From positions 13,875,190 through 13,939,189 of the forward strand of contig NC_085846.1 of the NCBI RefSeq assembly GCF_035594765.1: 64,000 bases of DNA, in the 5' to 3' direction. Positions 1-13,025 of this stretch are shown here, piece by piece (within the stretch, counting starts at the first letter, position 1; every line of letters begins with the position of its first letter). Position numbers and translations under genes: made by a program. The notes under the pieces were generated by a model. It ran no database searches, was not told the origin of the DNA, and was given only the letters and a program-made list of their open reading frames with translations. The DNA comes from Anolis carolinensis. Taxonomy: Eukaryota.

Positions 1-319
1 CTGCATGTAAAATATCTCAGTCTGACTTTTGGTTATAAGGAAGTATTATCAAGCAACCTATGCATTCGGGTTGCTGAGTACAAGCAAAAGTAAACATTGC
101 ACAAGCATAATGATACACAATAAGAATCTTATGAGTGAAGTAATGTCATCAAGCAAGCAGGACTTCCCTTTGTTTCTGCTTTTTCTTTACCCGCTTTGCT
201 TTTTACTTCTCCTTTTTAAGAATAATCTGAGTAAGAAAGAGCACCAGCCTCTCCTTCTGAAGCTGTAAACATCTCTATGGCAGCTCACCAAGGATGTCCC
301 ATTATTCCCTGCCATTTAC

Positions 320-436
320 CTTGGAGATGAGATCGTCGTGGTTGGCCAGGTGGGCCCTGCAGTGCACACAGCTGTAGCGTCGGTGGCAGTTGTCCAGATA
401 GGCTTGGAAGGTTTTGGGTTTGGACAGCCTCACCAT
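320..436 (-). CDS. YPEL3: Yippee-like 3, first coding exon ([39 protein letters not shown]); gene continues off the left edge
   Basis: Manual translation matches the YPEL3 N-terminus with the CxxC Yippee motif; acceptor ttttcatcag| opens the exon at 504; donor AAG|gtaaat at 320/319; position next to GDPD3 matches 16p11.2 synteny. Confidence 0.93.
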
Positions 437-3400
437 TGTGGTGGGGTTGCACAAGGGGAAGAAGCCACAGGAGGGGTGTGAAGAACTGAACGGTCCTCAA
501 AAGCCTGATGAAAAGAGCAAGTCAAGAGAGAACTGTTACCAAAACACAGACAAGCTGGCATGAGCGGGAATGTTTGTATGGGAGTTAAGGGCTTTGTTTT
601 TGTTCTGGGAGCTAGTCAAGTTCTATCTAACCAGTCTGGCATCTTTAAAAAAATAGTACCACGTGCTTCTCCTCCCTAAGCAATTTCTCAAAGGCTCAAC
701 CTGTCATTAACCCCGAGATGTAGGTCAGGGCTGCTTGCCTTGTGATGAAACAGCCTTACCAGGAATAGAACCCAAGCCTCCCAGCTCTAATACACCTCCC
801 CTTCTGAAGAAGTTTCTGTTAGTGACCTCTTCCCCTTTCTAATAGGTCTGAAGCTGTGAGTGCCATCTGCCACAACAGTTGGATTTCATTATTGGAGAAC
901 CCAGGAGCTCTGGGCTTTCCGTTACTTTCATTTCTATCTCTATCAGAGCATCCAAGAGGCTCTGGCACATGGTCAACGATTTAAAACAAAGCTTTCATCC
1001 CTTGCCATCTTTCCCTTTTGCCTGTGTCTATTGTTCCTGTTTGGAATTAACTACCACCCACCTTGCCTAGTTTATCTCTCTTTCACAGTCAGGACTTGGA
1101 ATGCTATGATTTAAAGCTCAAAGGGTGAGTAGGGTAGGAGGCAAAAAATATGCAGAAGGAATAATGACCATATGTCTGAGGGAGGGAAGAGAGAAACAGC
1201 TGAACAATGAATGTTAGAAGACATTCGGCCTTTTGGGAAGATGGCGGGAGTAATAAATGGGTATCATGCAATGAGCGTAGAAAGTAATGTAGGGGATAGC
1301 TATTAAAGCGTGGAGAAAGGAGATGACTCAGAAAGGATCGAAGGGATGGATGGCAGTAAAGGGCATGCCTAAATGCAGAACAGAGGGAGTTGTGTAGTAG
1401 AAGGCACATTTGGAGATTTGAGGGCAAAGGAGCCTGCAAATTCCAGCTGGATGTGGAAGGAGGAGATAGACACAAAGCAGGCCACAGATGGACGGATGGA
1501 AGGAGGGGAGGCCAAGAAGGGGAGGGGACAGCAACCGTGCAGGGAAGAGGTGGCTGCTTCAGAAAGCCTGGGGACCATTTCTTGGGGAAGGGGAGTCACG
1601 CAAATGGAGAGCCCTGGGCAAGGAGGAGGGACTGAGGTTTGCTTTGCAAAAGGAAGTGCGATGGGGGAGGGAAAAAACAGTTCCTTGAAAGAGAAACAAA
1701 CCCGCCAGCCCTAGAGGCAGGGAAATGCTAGAGAAAATGGAGGCTGAGACTCTATGCATCTGCAAAGGAAAAATACAGGAAGCGAATTTAGGGTAGCGGG
1801 GAGCATCTGAAGGGGCGCTCTCATGCAAAAGACCCAGTGTCCTGCATATTTGATATATCGCCTCTATCAATGCAAGTTATAGCTCTGATTCTCCCTATCT
1901 AAGTGTAAAATAGCGTCTGTTGTTCCATGCTCTTTCCCCTTGAAACATTTTCACGATGGCCTTCTGTTTATCTGCTTCTGGAGCTTGATAAGAGACCAGT
2001 AGCTACAGGCCAGATAAAGGCTGAGATGAACAAGGGGGACATTTAACAATAAAGGTGAAAGAAAGGCAAGGCATGACAAGTTAACAGAGACCAGTCAAAA
2101 AACAGAAGTAGCTTTTTGAAGATTTGTAGCAAAACATGACTTATTCCTATTTCAGCAAATTAACAAAATGCTGTGTGAAAAATAGAATGCCACAACAGCT
2201 ATTGAACAATTTGCAAAAAAAATTTTGCTCCTCATTACATTTGAGAGCATAATGTTAATGTGTATCTGTGGTAACTTAGATACACTTCCATGCAAAATAC
2301 AGGATTGCCCAGCAGACAATGGAAACACACTGGCTACTACGTTAGCTCCCTTAATATGGAGGCATTGTATTTCTGAGAGAGAGCATGACTGTGTGGTTGC
2401 TAGTTTAGTGGAGAATAAGACTATGGAACAAATGTAAATTCTCTTTGCCTAGTAGATCATTCGAAATAAGAAGAAAAGCATAATGTACTTTAAACAGTAT
2501 TTCCACCAGACAATATAATCTTTCTCTGTATGACAGAAAATATACCAGATTTTAATCCCATAGTCCACAGTGTGAGAAGCAATTGTCTTAAGATGCCTTC
2601 AACACAACAGTTCTATAAAATGGCTATTCAGTCCCCTATGAGGCTGTAGAATAGATTTTGACCCCGGACTCTTGGTTTTTAGCACAAAAATTGCTGTGCT
2701 TATATCAACATGCTGCAGAATTTATATATTTAATATAGCTTGGCTCTGTTTTGCAGAAAACTTGAACATAAATTATCAATGTTTATCTTGTAGAAACAAA
2801 GAAATAGTGGGATGTGAAATTTAAGAGACCTGGTTCTCAAGAAAACTACATAATTTTTTAAACAGTCTACATCATGCTACTATTTCTTTTAGCATATAGT
2901 ATGTATTTACATGGATTAATAGATTTTAGGGGAAGGACCCATGAGAAAGAGATGGGCCTTGAATGGGAAGCAAGCCAAGCTACATAAAATATCTTAGTTT
3001 TCTGTTCTTAGGTTGCAAAAATTATCATTTATATGTCATAGTCTTTGGTCCTTATCTATTAAATAAGAAAACTTTAAGGTACAATTAGAGAAGGGGGAGA
3101 TATTTGGTTGACACAGTTTTTAAAGATAGGGTCTGAATGCTTGTAAACTTCGGTTCTTTGTCAAATAGATATGACAGGAGATCTATTCAGTGAGCTATAA
3201 TCAAAAGCTAAGCATTGCTGGAAAAGATGCTAACTTTGTCACTTCCCAGTTAATATTAAATCCACTGATGTTTGCACAAATGTCTGTTTATATAATTTTA
3301 ATGAAATATTAACATAGAAAATTCAGAATATGAAAATATATGAAGTATGTTTCCCTGCTTCAGATATTTTTTACCCAATTGTGTTGTCTGTTAAGATAAG

Positions 3401-3963
3401 ACTTGTTGTGTACCAAAACAGCTAGAAAAAAAACCACAGTATCTTCCATCAGATCTCAGACATAATCTTTGTCTCCTGGATTCTGGGAAATATTGGTGGT
3501 ATATTTACTGTTACAGGCTATAAAAATATGGTCTAAATCACCCTCCTTTCATAAACAAATCCAGAGTTATGATTTGTGGGGTTTGGCTCTGTGCCTCCGA
3601 CCAGTATTTTGCTGGCAATCTCGCCTAGAAACAAACAATTGCACAGGATGGTCAAGACGGTAAGGGGCACGATAGTATTCTCAATTGGAAATCATAGTCT
3701 TTGTCCAGATCTTTTTTCTCTCTGACATGAAAATGAACATATTGTTCCATTTGGAGAAAGATCCAGTCTTGATTCTCATACAACAAAGACCATTTATGTA
3801 GTGGGTATATGCAAGGAGTATGACCAACCTGTGCTGTCAAAATGAACAAAATAATTGCTTGCTGGGATGCATGCCATCCCTTGTTATTCAACAACCCCAT
3901 TTGTCACTTGCGGATTATAGATCGGATTATAGATTTTACTGCAAGACACCCAGTTGCCCACTG

Positions 3964-4097
3964 CAGCCGTGGGCAAACTTTGGCCCTCCAGGTGTTTTGG
4001 ACTTCAACTCCCACCATTCCTAACAGCCTACCGGCTGTTAGGAATGGTGGGAGTTGAAGTCCAAAACACCTGGAGGGCCAAAGTTTGCCCACAGCTG
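3964..4097. mobile_element. Palindromic hAT-like MITE (about 134 bp)
   Basis: Near-perfect foldback gggcaaactttggccctccaggtgttttggac... Confidence 0.8.
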
Positions 4098-5228
4098 CAT
4101 TAATGCATCTCTTACAAGAGACATCCTCCTCAAGTCTTGGGGTGCCATACAGACTCATTGTGGTCTATGCTCCCATGGATTTGAGCCCACCCACTCTAAT
4201 ATCTCACCTGGCAGGAGAGAAATGTCCAAGGTGTTCCCCTTCTTTGGATGACGCCTCTTCGCTCTCCCAAGGCTGAGAAGGTGAGGGTCAGAGGGTTCAA
4301 GGTTGGCCTTTTTTGGGTGGGGAGATACCCCTCTGGGAGTCTTGCAGCCCCCCAGAAAACAAGCTCCAGCTGGAAGTCTAGACTTCCTCTTGTTTACAAA
4401 CCAGAGCTGAGAAACAAAGGTGTCTCCACCCCTTTTTTCTCTCCCTCCTCCTTTCTGCAGGCTTTCCCCTTCGCTCCTTCCTCTTCCTTCCCCAGCCAAT
4501 GAAGGCACAGCATGCAAATCAACTGCAGAGTTTTGGAGAGGGGAGGGCAGGCCAAGGGAGGAAGCACATCATCTGGCACATGAGAGGTGGGCGGAGGCAT
4601 GGGGGGCGCATGGGGGCTTGGGCTGCAGGTGGGCAGCAGCACAGGTAGGCCAGGCTCAGCCCCTGCTCCTCAACCTGTGCAAAGTGCTTTGGCCTTGTTT
4701 TTGGAGAGCTGTCACATCCGAGGATGCCACTGCCAGGCATCTCTGCATTTTCTGTTTACCAAAAAAAATAAAATAAAAAATAAAGGCCAATATGCTGCAG
4801 ATGAAACAATGACGCTGTAGATAAGAATAGACTTGCGTTAGAAACAGGAATAGCTTCCCTATTAGGTCTCTGTGCCAAAATAAAACTTCACGATGCGAAC
4901 AAAAGCAGCTCTTGCTGCAAATGGAATCGATTTTGGGTTGTCGTGAGTCTTACGGGCTTCCCTCAACCTCAGAGGATGCCTGCCATAGGTATGGGCAAAA
5001 TATCAGGAGAGGATGCTTCTAGAACAGGGGTCCTCAAGCTTTTTAAGCAGATTGCTAAAAAAAATATAGGTATGTATATGTATGTATGTATGCTTGCCCA
5101 CAATGCCCTGCCTCATGCACGGAGGAGGAGTTGTTTAAAGCTACGGACAATGCGATTGCTGTTGCCCGCTTTTGGTCCAAAACTGTTTAGCTGTTTGTGA
5201 TTCCTTTATTTTATCACTTTTAAACCTA

Positions 5229-5551
5229 CAGTAGAGTCTCACTTATCCAACATAAACAGGCCAGCAGAATGTTGGATAAGCGAATATGTTGGATAATAAG
5301 GAGAGATTAAGGAAAAGCCTATTAAACATCGAATTAGGTTATGATTTTACAAATGAAGCACCAAAACATCATGTTAGACAACTAATTTGGCAAAAAAAGT
5401 AGTTCAATACGCAGTAATGCTATGCAGTAATTACTGTATTTATGAATTTAGCACCAAAATATCATGATATATTGAAAACATTGACTACAAAAATGCGTTG
5501 GATAATCCAGAATGTTGGATAAGCGAGTGTTGGATAAGTGAGACTCTACTG
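5229..5551. mobile_element. Tc1/mariner MITE
   Basis: TIR CAGTAGAGTCTCACTTATCCAA, TA flanks. Confidence 0.88.
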
Positions 5552-5604
5552 TATTTATTATGCAATGCTTTTGACACGAAATAAATAAGCAGATTGCTGG
5601 TCCA

Positions 5605-5867
5605 CAGGCTGTAGCAAGGTTTTTTTTTTAGGGGTTCACCCCCCCCCCCCCGAAATTTTTACTCATGAATTTTCACTGTTTAACCAAATCCCCATGCTAA
5701 GTCTATGAGACATAAAACATTAAGAGTCCCTCCAGGCACTATCTCAAGCAGATATTGACAGGTCTGAACCCGGGGGGGGGGGGGGGGCGGGTGGGTCAGG
5801 GGTTCAACCCCCCCCCCCCCGAAATTTTCAAAACCCCTCCCGAAATTTTTTTCTGGCTACGGCCCTG
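5605..5867. mobile_element. hAT MITE
   Basis: TIR CAGGCTGTAGC / GGCTACGGCCCTG; perfect 8-bp TSD ctggtcca. Confidence 0.85.
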
Positions 5868-5946
5868 CTGGTCCACAATCCTTCAGAATGTTAAGGGGGT
5901 GAATTATCTTTTGGGAAAAAAATACAAATAAAGTCCTATGCACATT

Positions 5947-6262
5947 AGTAAGGTAAAAGTTTCCCCTGATGTTTGACCGACTCTGGGGGTTGGTGCTCAT
6001 CTCCATTTCTAAACCGAAGAGCCGGCGTTGTCCATAGACACCTGCAAGGTCATGTGGCCGGCATGACTGCATGGAATGCCGTTACCTTCTCGCCGGAGCA
6101 GTACCTATTGATCTACTTACATTGGCATGTTTTCAAACGGTTAGGTTGGCAGAAGCTGGAGCTAACAGCGGGCGCTCACTCCACTCCCGGGATTTGAACC
6201 TGCGACCTTTTGGTTTGCAAGTTCAGCAGCTCAGTGCTTTAACACATTTCGCCACCGGGGTT
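5947..6262 (-). mobile_element. Sauria SINE
   Basis: tRNA-derived head with A/B-box-like motifs, conserved body and accttta tail; six similar copies in the window. Confidence 0.85.
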
Positions 6263-6896
6263 CCTGCCATAGATTTGGGCAAAATATCAGGAGATAATGC
6301 TTCTAGAACAGGGGTCCTCAAAATGTTAAAGGGGCGAAATATCTTTTGAAAAAAAATACAAACAAATTCCTATGTACAATGCACATGTCTTAACTGTATT
6401 AAAAAAACAAAACCCAAAACGACAACAATGAAAAAACAATACAATATTTAAAAATAAAAACAATTTTAACCAACATAATCCTATTAGGAGTTAAATGGGA
6501 AGTGTGGGCCAGCTTCTGGGCAATGAGATAGTCAAGTTAATTAGGATTGTTGTTGTTGTGTGCCTTCAAGTCATTTCAGACTTTGGGCAAGCCTAAAACT
6601 GGGGGGGGGGAGGTAAATGACCTTGGAGAGCCGTATCCATAAGCCTTAGTTTGGGAACCCTGTTCTAGAACATGGCCATACAGCCCGGAAGACTCACAAC
6701 AACCCAGTGATTCCGGCCATGAAAGCCTTCGACAACACATGGAATAGATTTTAATGAGTCTTTCAGAAAGTTCAAGGCAATGCATCTGGCCCCATACTGA
6801 GGATGGGGAAAGTATGGCCCAATGCCATGTACAGACTCTGAGGGACAATTATATAGCCACTGAAACCCCTTTTAAAATCCTCAACCCTCTCCAAAA

Positions 6897-7175
6897 TGTG
6901 TTGTCAAAGGCTTTCATGGGTTGCTGTGAGTTTTCCGGGCTGTATGGCCATGTTCCAGAAGCATTCTTTCCTGACATTTCGTCCACATCTATGGCAGGTA
7001 TCGTCAGAGGTTGTGAGGTCTGTTGGAAACTAGGCAAGTGGGGTTTATATTATATATCTGTGGAATAATGTCCAGGTTGGGAGAAAGAATTCTTGTCTGA
7101 GGCAAGTGTGACTGTCTTAATTGATCACCTTGATTAGCATTTAATGGCCTTGCAGATTCAAAGTCTGGCTGCTTC
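6897..7175 (-). mobile_element. Penelope-like terminal fragment (hammerhead core CTGACGA/GAAA/GTC)
   Basis: Reverse complement of the same family. Confidence 0.65.
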
Positions 7176-7392
7176 AGATCTTGTCTGATCTTGGTTACTA
7201 AGCTGGGTCTGGCTAATAGTTGGATGGAAGACCACCAATGAATAGCTTAGGCTATATAGCAAAACCACCTCTGAATAGTCATTGCATAACAAAACTAGAA
7301 ATTCAGGGCTTGCTATAAGTCAACAGAGGATGTAAACATTTGTTTAAATTGGGTGTTGTGTGGTTTCAGAGCAATGTGGCTATGTTCTAGCA

Positions 7393-7526
7393 CAGGCATG
7401 GGCAAACTTTGGCCCTCCAGGTGTTTTGGACTTCAACTCCCACAATTCCTAAAAGCCGGTAAGCTGTTGGGAATGGTGGGAGTTGAAGTCCAAAACACCT
7501 GGAGGTCCGACGTTTGCCCATGCCTG
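7393..7526. mobile_element. Palindromic hAT-like MITE inserted in a Penelope-like fragment
   Basis: Foldback; TSD ttctagca/ttatagca. Confidence 0.82.
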
Positions 7527-8116
7527 TTATAGCAGCATTTTCTCCTGATGTTTCGCCTGCTTCTGTGGCTGGTATCTTCAGAGGATTTGTTTAAATCTTT
7601 GTTTATCCATGTAATGACCTCTAATCCTTATTCAAGCGATGTAACTCCTGTGCTGGCAAAATTGCCCCTTCAGACAAGCATGATCTGTGCCTTTTTGGCT
7701 TTGGAGGGAGTAAGAAGACTCAGTCTTGTTCAATCTGCAGAGGTTTCACTAAGCAAGGAGTCACACCACTAAATTAAAATGTAAGATTAGACAATAGGGT
7801 CATTTTGACAAAAAGAACTGTAGAAATGTTAACTTTACCTAACTATAGTAATAAGACATATTATTACACAATATTTGGAAAAAATAATTTTAATAAATGT
7901 ATCTGGGCATCATCACACTCACATTAAATGCTCCCAATTGTACCTGGCTTAAGCTGCCAGTGTCAACTCACCCTTTAATGTCTATAATTGCAGCAACTAT
8001 TAAGCTGTGCCCATGAAATTAAATTGTTAGAATTTTTTTTTTGCAGGAAACAGAAATTATTTTGTTATGAACAGGATTTGTGAGCTTTATTGTTGTGGTG
8101 GTGATGACGGTGTGCC

Positions 8117-8564
8117 TTCTGCAAGGATGTTGCCCAGGAGATGCCCAGAGGTTTGATGTTTTACCATCCTATGTGGGAGGCTTCTCTCATGTACCCTCAC
8201 GGGGAGCTGGAGCTGACAGAGGAGCTCACCCCAGGGCCATAGCCAGAAAAAAAATTGGGGGAGTATTGAATCTTTTTTTTAGCCAATCATGAAGAGTAGT
8301 TCCATAACACAAAATAATATAGAAATCAGGCTCCATTGACAAACTTCACTGGACACTCATGAGAATTTGGTTAACCATTTAAAATTCATGAGTAAACCAG
8401 TTTTTTTAAAACCTGTAAAATTTCGGGAGAGGGTGAGTTGAACCCCTATCCCCCCCCTTTGGCTACAGCCCTGGTTCACCCCCTCTCCCTGGATTCGAAC
8501 TGCCGACTGTCAATTGGCAGTTCTGCCGGCACAAGGGTTTAATCCACTGCGCCACCAGGGGCTC
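8117..8564 (-). mobile_element. Second tRNA-derived SINE family (Anolis SINE2-like), split by a hAT MITE
   Basis: gaggcttctctcatgt body and ggattcgaac B-box; homologous to 12779, 16065 and 28358. Confidence 0.75.
8232..8473. mobile_element. hAT MITE (same TIR family as 5605-5867)
   Basis: TIR CAGGGCCATAGCC / GGCTACAGCCCTG; TSD gctcaccc/gttcaccc. Confidence 0.82.
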
Positions 8565-8599
8565 ATCCAAGCAATTAAAACATCAATAATTAAAAACAT

Positions 8600-8942
8600 C
8601 AATTAAAATTACGCAATCCAGTTTATAATCCAGGGCCATTCCATTTGTCAATCACATTAATTCAATTATTGCACTTCTCCGATTATTGGTCATATGCTTT
8701 GTCCTAAAGCCACGTCTTACATTTTTTCCTTAAGGTCAGGAGAGCGGGGCCTGATCTGATTTCATTGGGCAGTTCCACAGATGAGGGGCCACCACGGAGA
8801 AGGCCCTGTCTCCCATCTCCACCAGTTGCGCATGCGAGGGGTGTGGGACCGAGAGCAGGACCTCCCCCGATGATCTTAACTTTCAAGGTGGATCATCGAA
8901 GAAGATACATTTGGACAGGTAAGCTGGTCCAGAACTTACAGG
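8600..8942 (-). mobile_element. L2 LINE 3' fragment
   Basis: ELPNEIRSGPALLTLRKKCKTWL. Confidence 0.7.
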
Positions 8943-10144
8943 ATATGCTGTCTGTCTGCCTTAACCATTGTTTTCTTCTTGGTTTTGCTTGGGTTCTAGT
9001 AAGAAGTAAAGTAGGCTGCAATCCTTGAAGCTCCCTATTCCTTCTTAAGAGACTGCGGGCGTGAGAATACTGTGGAGTAAGACATCCAGCGTAGTATTTT
9101 GGACCAAATGTACTTCCTGAACACTCTTCAAGGGCAGTCTCACGCATAATAATTGCACCCTTGTGATTGCTATAATTATTAATTACCTCAATTTTAGATG
9201 TGCAATTTTAGAAAAATTATTTAGTCATAAGTATCATGGCATGAGGGCATCATAATTGAGAGCAGCTTGCACAAGAAGAAGGCGTTAACCTAAGTTTCTG
9301 GATTGAGACAGTTTTTTGGTAGCAGAGCTGTACCAAGCATCAGTTCCTCTGTCAAGCTGCTTCAGTAATCATATATACATTTGCTTGCGTTTCCTATATA
9401 TGTCAGCTGATTTTGGAGAAGAATCTAGTATAAGCGAATGAAGTGGAAACCTGTGTTTGGAATCTTGTCTTATCATTTGTTGGTAGTGCCAAGTATCTGC
9501 TTAGGGAGGGGTAGAGATAAATGACTACCTACCTCCTTGGAATAACACCTTGATTCCCCTCTCAATTGCATTGAGTCTCTGTTGACACCAAAGAACAGAG
9601 AAGGAGGAGGAAAACAGGTCCTACAAATGACAGGTTACGCTTCTAAACTTGTCAGCTATCTTGTTTCTTAAAGCACGTGCTCCTGCATTGTCTTCCACAG
9701 GATTACAAATAGGACAAAATCTCTATTCTTTCTATCTCTAAAAAACTTAATGGAACAGATGTTTGGCTGTCTTTACCTTTTTTACAAATCATTTCAAAGT
9801 GTTAAATTCTTCATGTTTCTTATTTGCTAGCAAAGGTTTCCTTTGGTGGAGGTTTGGGGACCTGTTCTAATCTGTTTTGCTGTAGTTTGAGTGAGCTTGA
9901 TGATCATCATTAGAAAGGCACCAAGAGAAGTTAAATGTACAGTATCAAAGAGAAGTACATGTTCAATGAAGGTATAGCAGTCTTAAAATAACTGAAAGCC
10001 AATTATTGAAAGTCAAATGCATTTCTTTTTCAGCAGTGGGAACAGCCCACATTTTCCTTTAAGCTACGAGCAGTAAGGACTAGAAATTCAAGATAACATT
10101 TTCAAGATTTTAGAAGATGGTTGTAAACACATTTTGTGAATTGT

Positions 10145-10463
10145 GGACCCCAGTGGCGCAGTGGATTAAACTGCTGAGCTGCTGAACTTGCTGACTGAAA
10201 GGTCGGCAGTTCAAATCTGGGGAGCGGGGTGAGCCCGCTGTTAACCCCAGCTTCTGCCAGCCTAGTAGTTCGAAAACATTCAAATGTGAGTAGATCAATA
10301 GGTACCGCTTCGACAGGAAGGTAACGGCACTCCATGCAGTCATGCCGGCCACATGACCTTGGAGGTGTGAATGGACAACACTGGCTCTTCAGCTTAGAAA
10401 TGGAGATGAGCACCCCCAGAGTCAGACATGACTAGACTTAATGCCAGGGGAAAAGCTTTACCT
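10145..10463 (+). mobile_element. Sauria SINE
   Basis: gtggcgcagtgg A-box, gttcaaatc B-box, same body. Confidence 0.85.
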
Positions 10464-10865
10464 ACACAAAATAATATTTCATGGACTGGTATGTGTCCAT
10501 GAACTATTGGCTATTCTGGTCTGTGGCGGGTTTACAGGGAAAAATGAATAATTGTACTCAATGGGAACAAATATGTTAGTGATCCCTGACACATTAGAGA
10601 GATAGCTGAAGAAGTACCGATTTATAGCACAAGGCACCTGCCAAACTCCTTGTTTTATATAAATGATCAAAGAGATAGCTACCCCAAACTGTTTTAGTAT
10701 AAAAAGAGAAAGAAGTTTTGTGGCATCTTTGAAACCACCCAGATAATTTCAGGCTATTCTGGAAATGGTTACTATTAAAGATTACCAAAGACTCTCCTTT
10801 TCCTTCCTCCCATTGTAAACATGATCGGTCATTGAAAATGCTACTAATATCTAACAATAATCAAC

Positions 10866-10875
10866 TTTATTTATT
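10866..10875 (-). terminator. Probable GDPD3 polyadenylation signal (overlapping AATAAA x2)
   Basis: tttatttatt on + strand about 150 nt past the stop codon. Confidence 0.6.
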
Positions 10876-11019
10876 TCACAATTTTACACTGTGTTTTGAT
10901 TATCCAAAGCTTAGCTCAGGGTTTCTTTCTTTTCCTTCCGATGTGGCACATCTTTTTTCTTTCCCCAGGCAAGTACCTAAATAGCTTCTCCCCCAGCGCA
11001 CTCCCAGTCATGTTCTGGA

Positions 11020-11154
11020 TTATTCATTGAAAAGGGGTGGATGAGCATCTAGATACTTCCGGAGACGGGTGGGATAATCAGTCATGACTCCAGAAACCCC
11101 ATAACTGAAGGCCTCGTCAAAATCTTTGTCTTCATTCAAGACCCAAAGAAGAAC
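11020..11154 (-). CDS. GDPD3: GDPD3 last coding exon (VLLWVLNEDKDFDEAFSYGVSGVMTDYPTRLRKYLDAHPPLFNE*)
   Basis: tgtag| acceptor, GVMTDYP motif, TAA at 11022-11020. Confidence 0.93.
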   Translation of the reverse strand, partial: VLLWVLNEDKDFDEAFSYGVSGVMTDYPTRLRKYLDAHPPLFNE

Positions 11155-12778
11155 CTACATGGGAGAGAGATGATTCTGAATATTGACATTTCTGCAGAAA
11201 ACTAGGGTTTTTTCATACCTTTTTAATGAGTGACTTATTTATTTAGCCATTAACTCAAACAGTTCAGAATGTTGCTGAAGTAAAAGTCGCAGGCACTATT
11301 TTACAATCAGCAAAGTGTGTTGTTGGAAGAAAAGCACTTTCTGAAGAGGAAAAGTCATGGTGATTTTGATACTGATTGACATATACAAAATAGTTGCAGA
11401 TAATACCACAGACACCTGAGAACCAATGCAGAGTAAACTGTGAGCTGGAGACAGGAAGACATTGGTTTAGATTTAATCTGAGCTATGAACTGAAGATGGT
11501 AGGTGTTTGTGGGCCTTTCTATACTGCCATATAATGCAGTTTCATAATGCAGTTTAACTGTACTGAACTGCATTATATGGCAGTGTCGACTCACATAATG
11601 CAGTTTAACTGCATTATGAAACTGCATTATATGGCAGTGTAGATGGGGTCTGTGTTCTTATGCAGATATAAAGGCCATTGAACTTACTGGTGCTGATTTC
11701 CAGGAATACATGAAACTACTATTTTCAGATTTCAGCTCTGCATTTGCAGTGTAAAGATGAACTACTTTACACAGTTCTTTCCAGTAATATAGGTAAAGTA
11801 CTTTCAACATTGCAGATGGGCTATAGGAGAGTTGTGTAGTTTCCTGCAGCAAGAATAAATCTAACACCAGAAAGACAGGAAACAATTTTCTGGTAATCTT
11901 TTGTGGGTTAGACTTACAGAACTTTCCACTCTAGTGCTTTTGTCTTTTTTTGTCTGTGGTTTGCTCACCTAGTGTGGAACATCTGCACAATGTTGCTGTA
12001 ATCGATCCTGTTTCAATGTAATGTTGTTTCCTTTCAATGGCCACCACCTGATTGGTGGTAATTTTTTAAAAAAAAACTTCTTGTGATGCAATCACAGCAC
12101 TAGGTGATCCAGTATGGACAAGCAAGTGATGTTGACATAGCTGTCCGAATACAGTGGTCTGCAACCCAACCAGAAAACATTAATGTTCATTCTGTATCAC
12201 TCACCACCATACCATTTCTGAGATGTTTGGGTTCGGGCCCACATAAAAGTTCATACCACAATCAGTGCACTAGTGTGATATGTTGTTCTTTTTATTATTT
12301 ATGAGGATAAAAATTGTACATTTAAGATCCCTTCCACACTGCCCCTATATCCCAGGATCTGATTCCAGATTATCTGTTTATCCCAGATTATCCGGCAGTG
12401 GAGATGCATATAATCAAGTTTATAGCAGATAATCTGAGATCAGATGCTGGGATACAGAGCAGTGTAGAAGGGACCTAAATCTAACCTACCTTAGAGGTTT
12501 AAAGTCAAGAGGCAAGCTCTAAACATAGAATGAGAAAAGCTTGGTCCTTCCTGGTTTAAATTGTGGGACATCTCAATTAAGAGTGATTTATCCAATCTAT
12601 CAGACAGGGTATATATTAATTGTATTTATGCTCTGTTCAGTGTACAATTAGGAACATTATTTTATTACTGTAAGATACTTCCATCCTTCTCATGGGATAG
12701 CAGTAATGGTATACAAATAAACTGGTAATAAACACCCATATTCCTACTCTTCATTCCCATTTAAAAGGATTTTTAATC

Positions 12779-13025
12779 ATGTCAAAAGCAACTTGAGAAC
12801 ATACTGCAAGTCGCTTCTAGTGTGAGAGAATTGGCTGTCTGCAAGGATGTTGTCCAGGGGACATCTGGATGTATTAGCTAGGAGGCTTCTCTCATGTCCC
12901 AGCAAGCTAGAGCTGACAGACAGGAGCTCACCCTGTCTCGCAGACTCAAACCGGCAACCTTCAGGTCAGCAACCCAACCTTCAGGTCAGCAGTTCAACCA
13001 GCAGAAGGAATATGCGCCACCATGG
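12779..13025 (-). mobile_element. Anolis SINE2-like
   Basis: gcaacttgagaa..gcaagtcgcttct..gagaattggc body. Confidence 0.75.

Larger units (their letters stand above)
5025..6662 (+). mobile_element. hAT (Charlie-type) non-autonomous element with nested insertions and an internal duplication
   Basis: TIR CAGGGGTCCTCAA ... TTGGGAACCCTG; 8-bp TSD ttctagaa (5017-24, 6663-70; also 6301-08). Confidence 0.75.

Noticed and set aside
285-500. 71-aa ORF MRTVQFF... from the track
   Set aside because: Wrong frame; the real coding frame is YPEL3 436-320
437-504. Possible N-terminal extension of YPEL3
   Set aside because: An in-frame TGA lies near the exon start and there is no upstream in-frame ATG within the exon
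1104-1870. Several 70-120 aa ORFs in a purine-rich stretch
   Set aside because: Low-complexity GA-rich sequence, probably YPEL3 intron or 5' region; no protein motifs
10145-10230. tRNA-like sequences with A and B boxes (also 16065, 52632)
   Set aside because: These are SINE heads continuous with SINE bodies; no complete cloverleaf
11511-11650. Short repeated units (ataatgcagtt) resembling a spacer array
   Set aside because: Internal repeats of a palindromic MITE in vertebrate DNA; no unique spacers or cas genes, so not CRISPR
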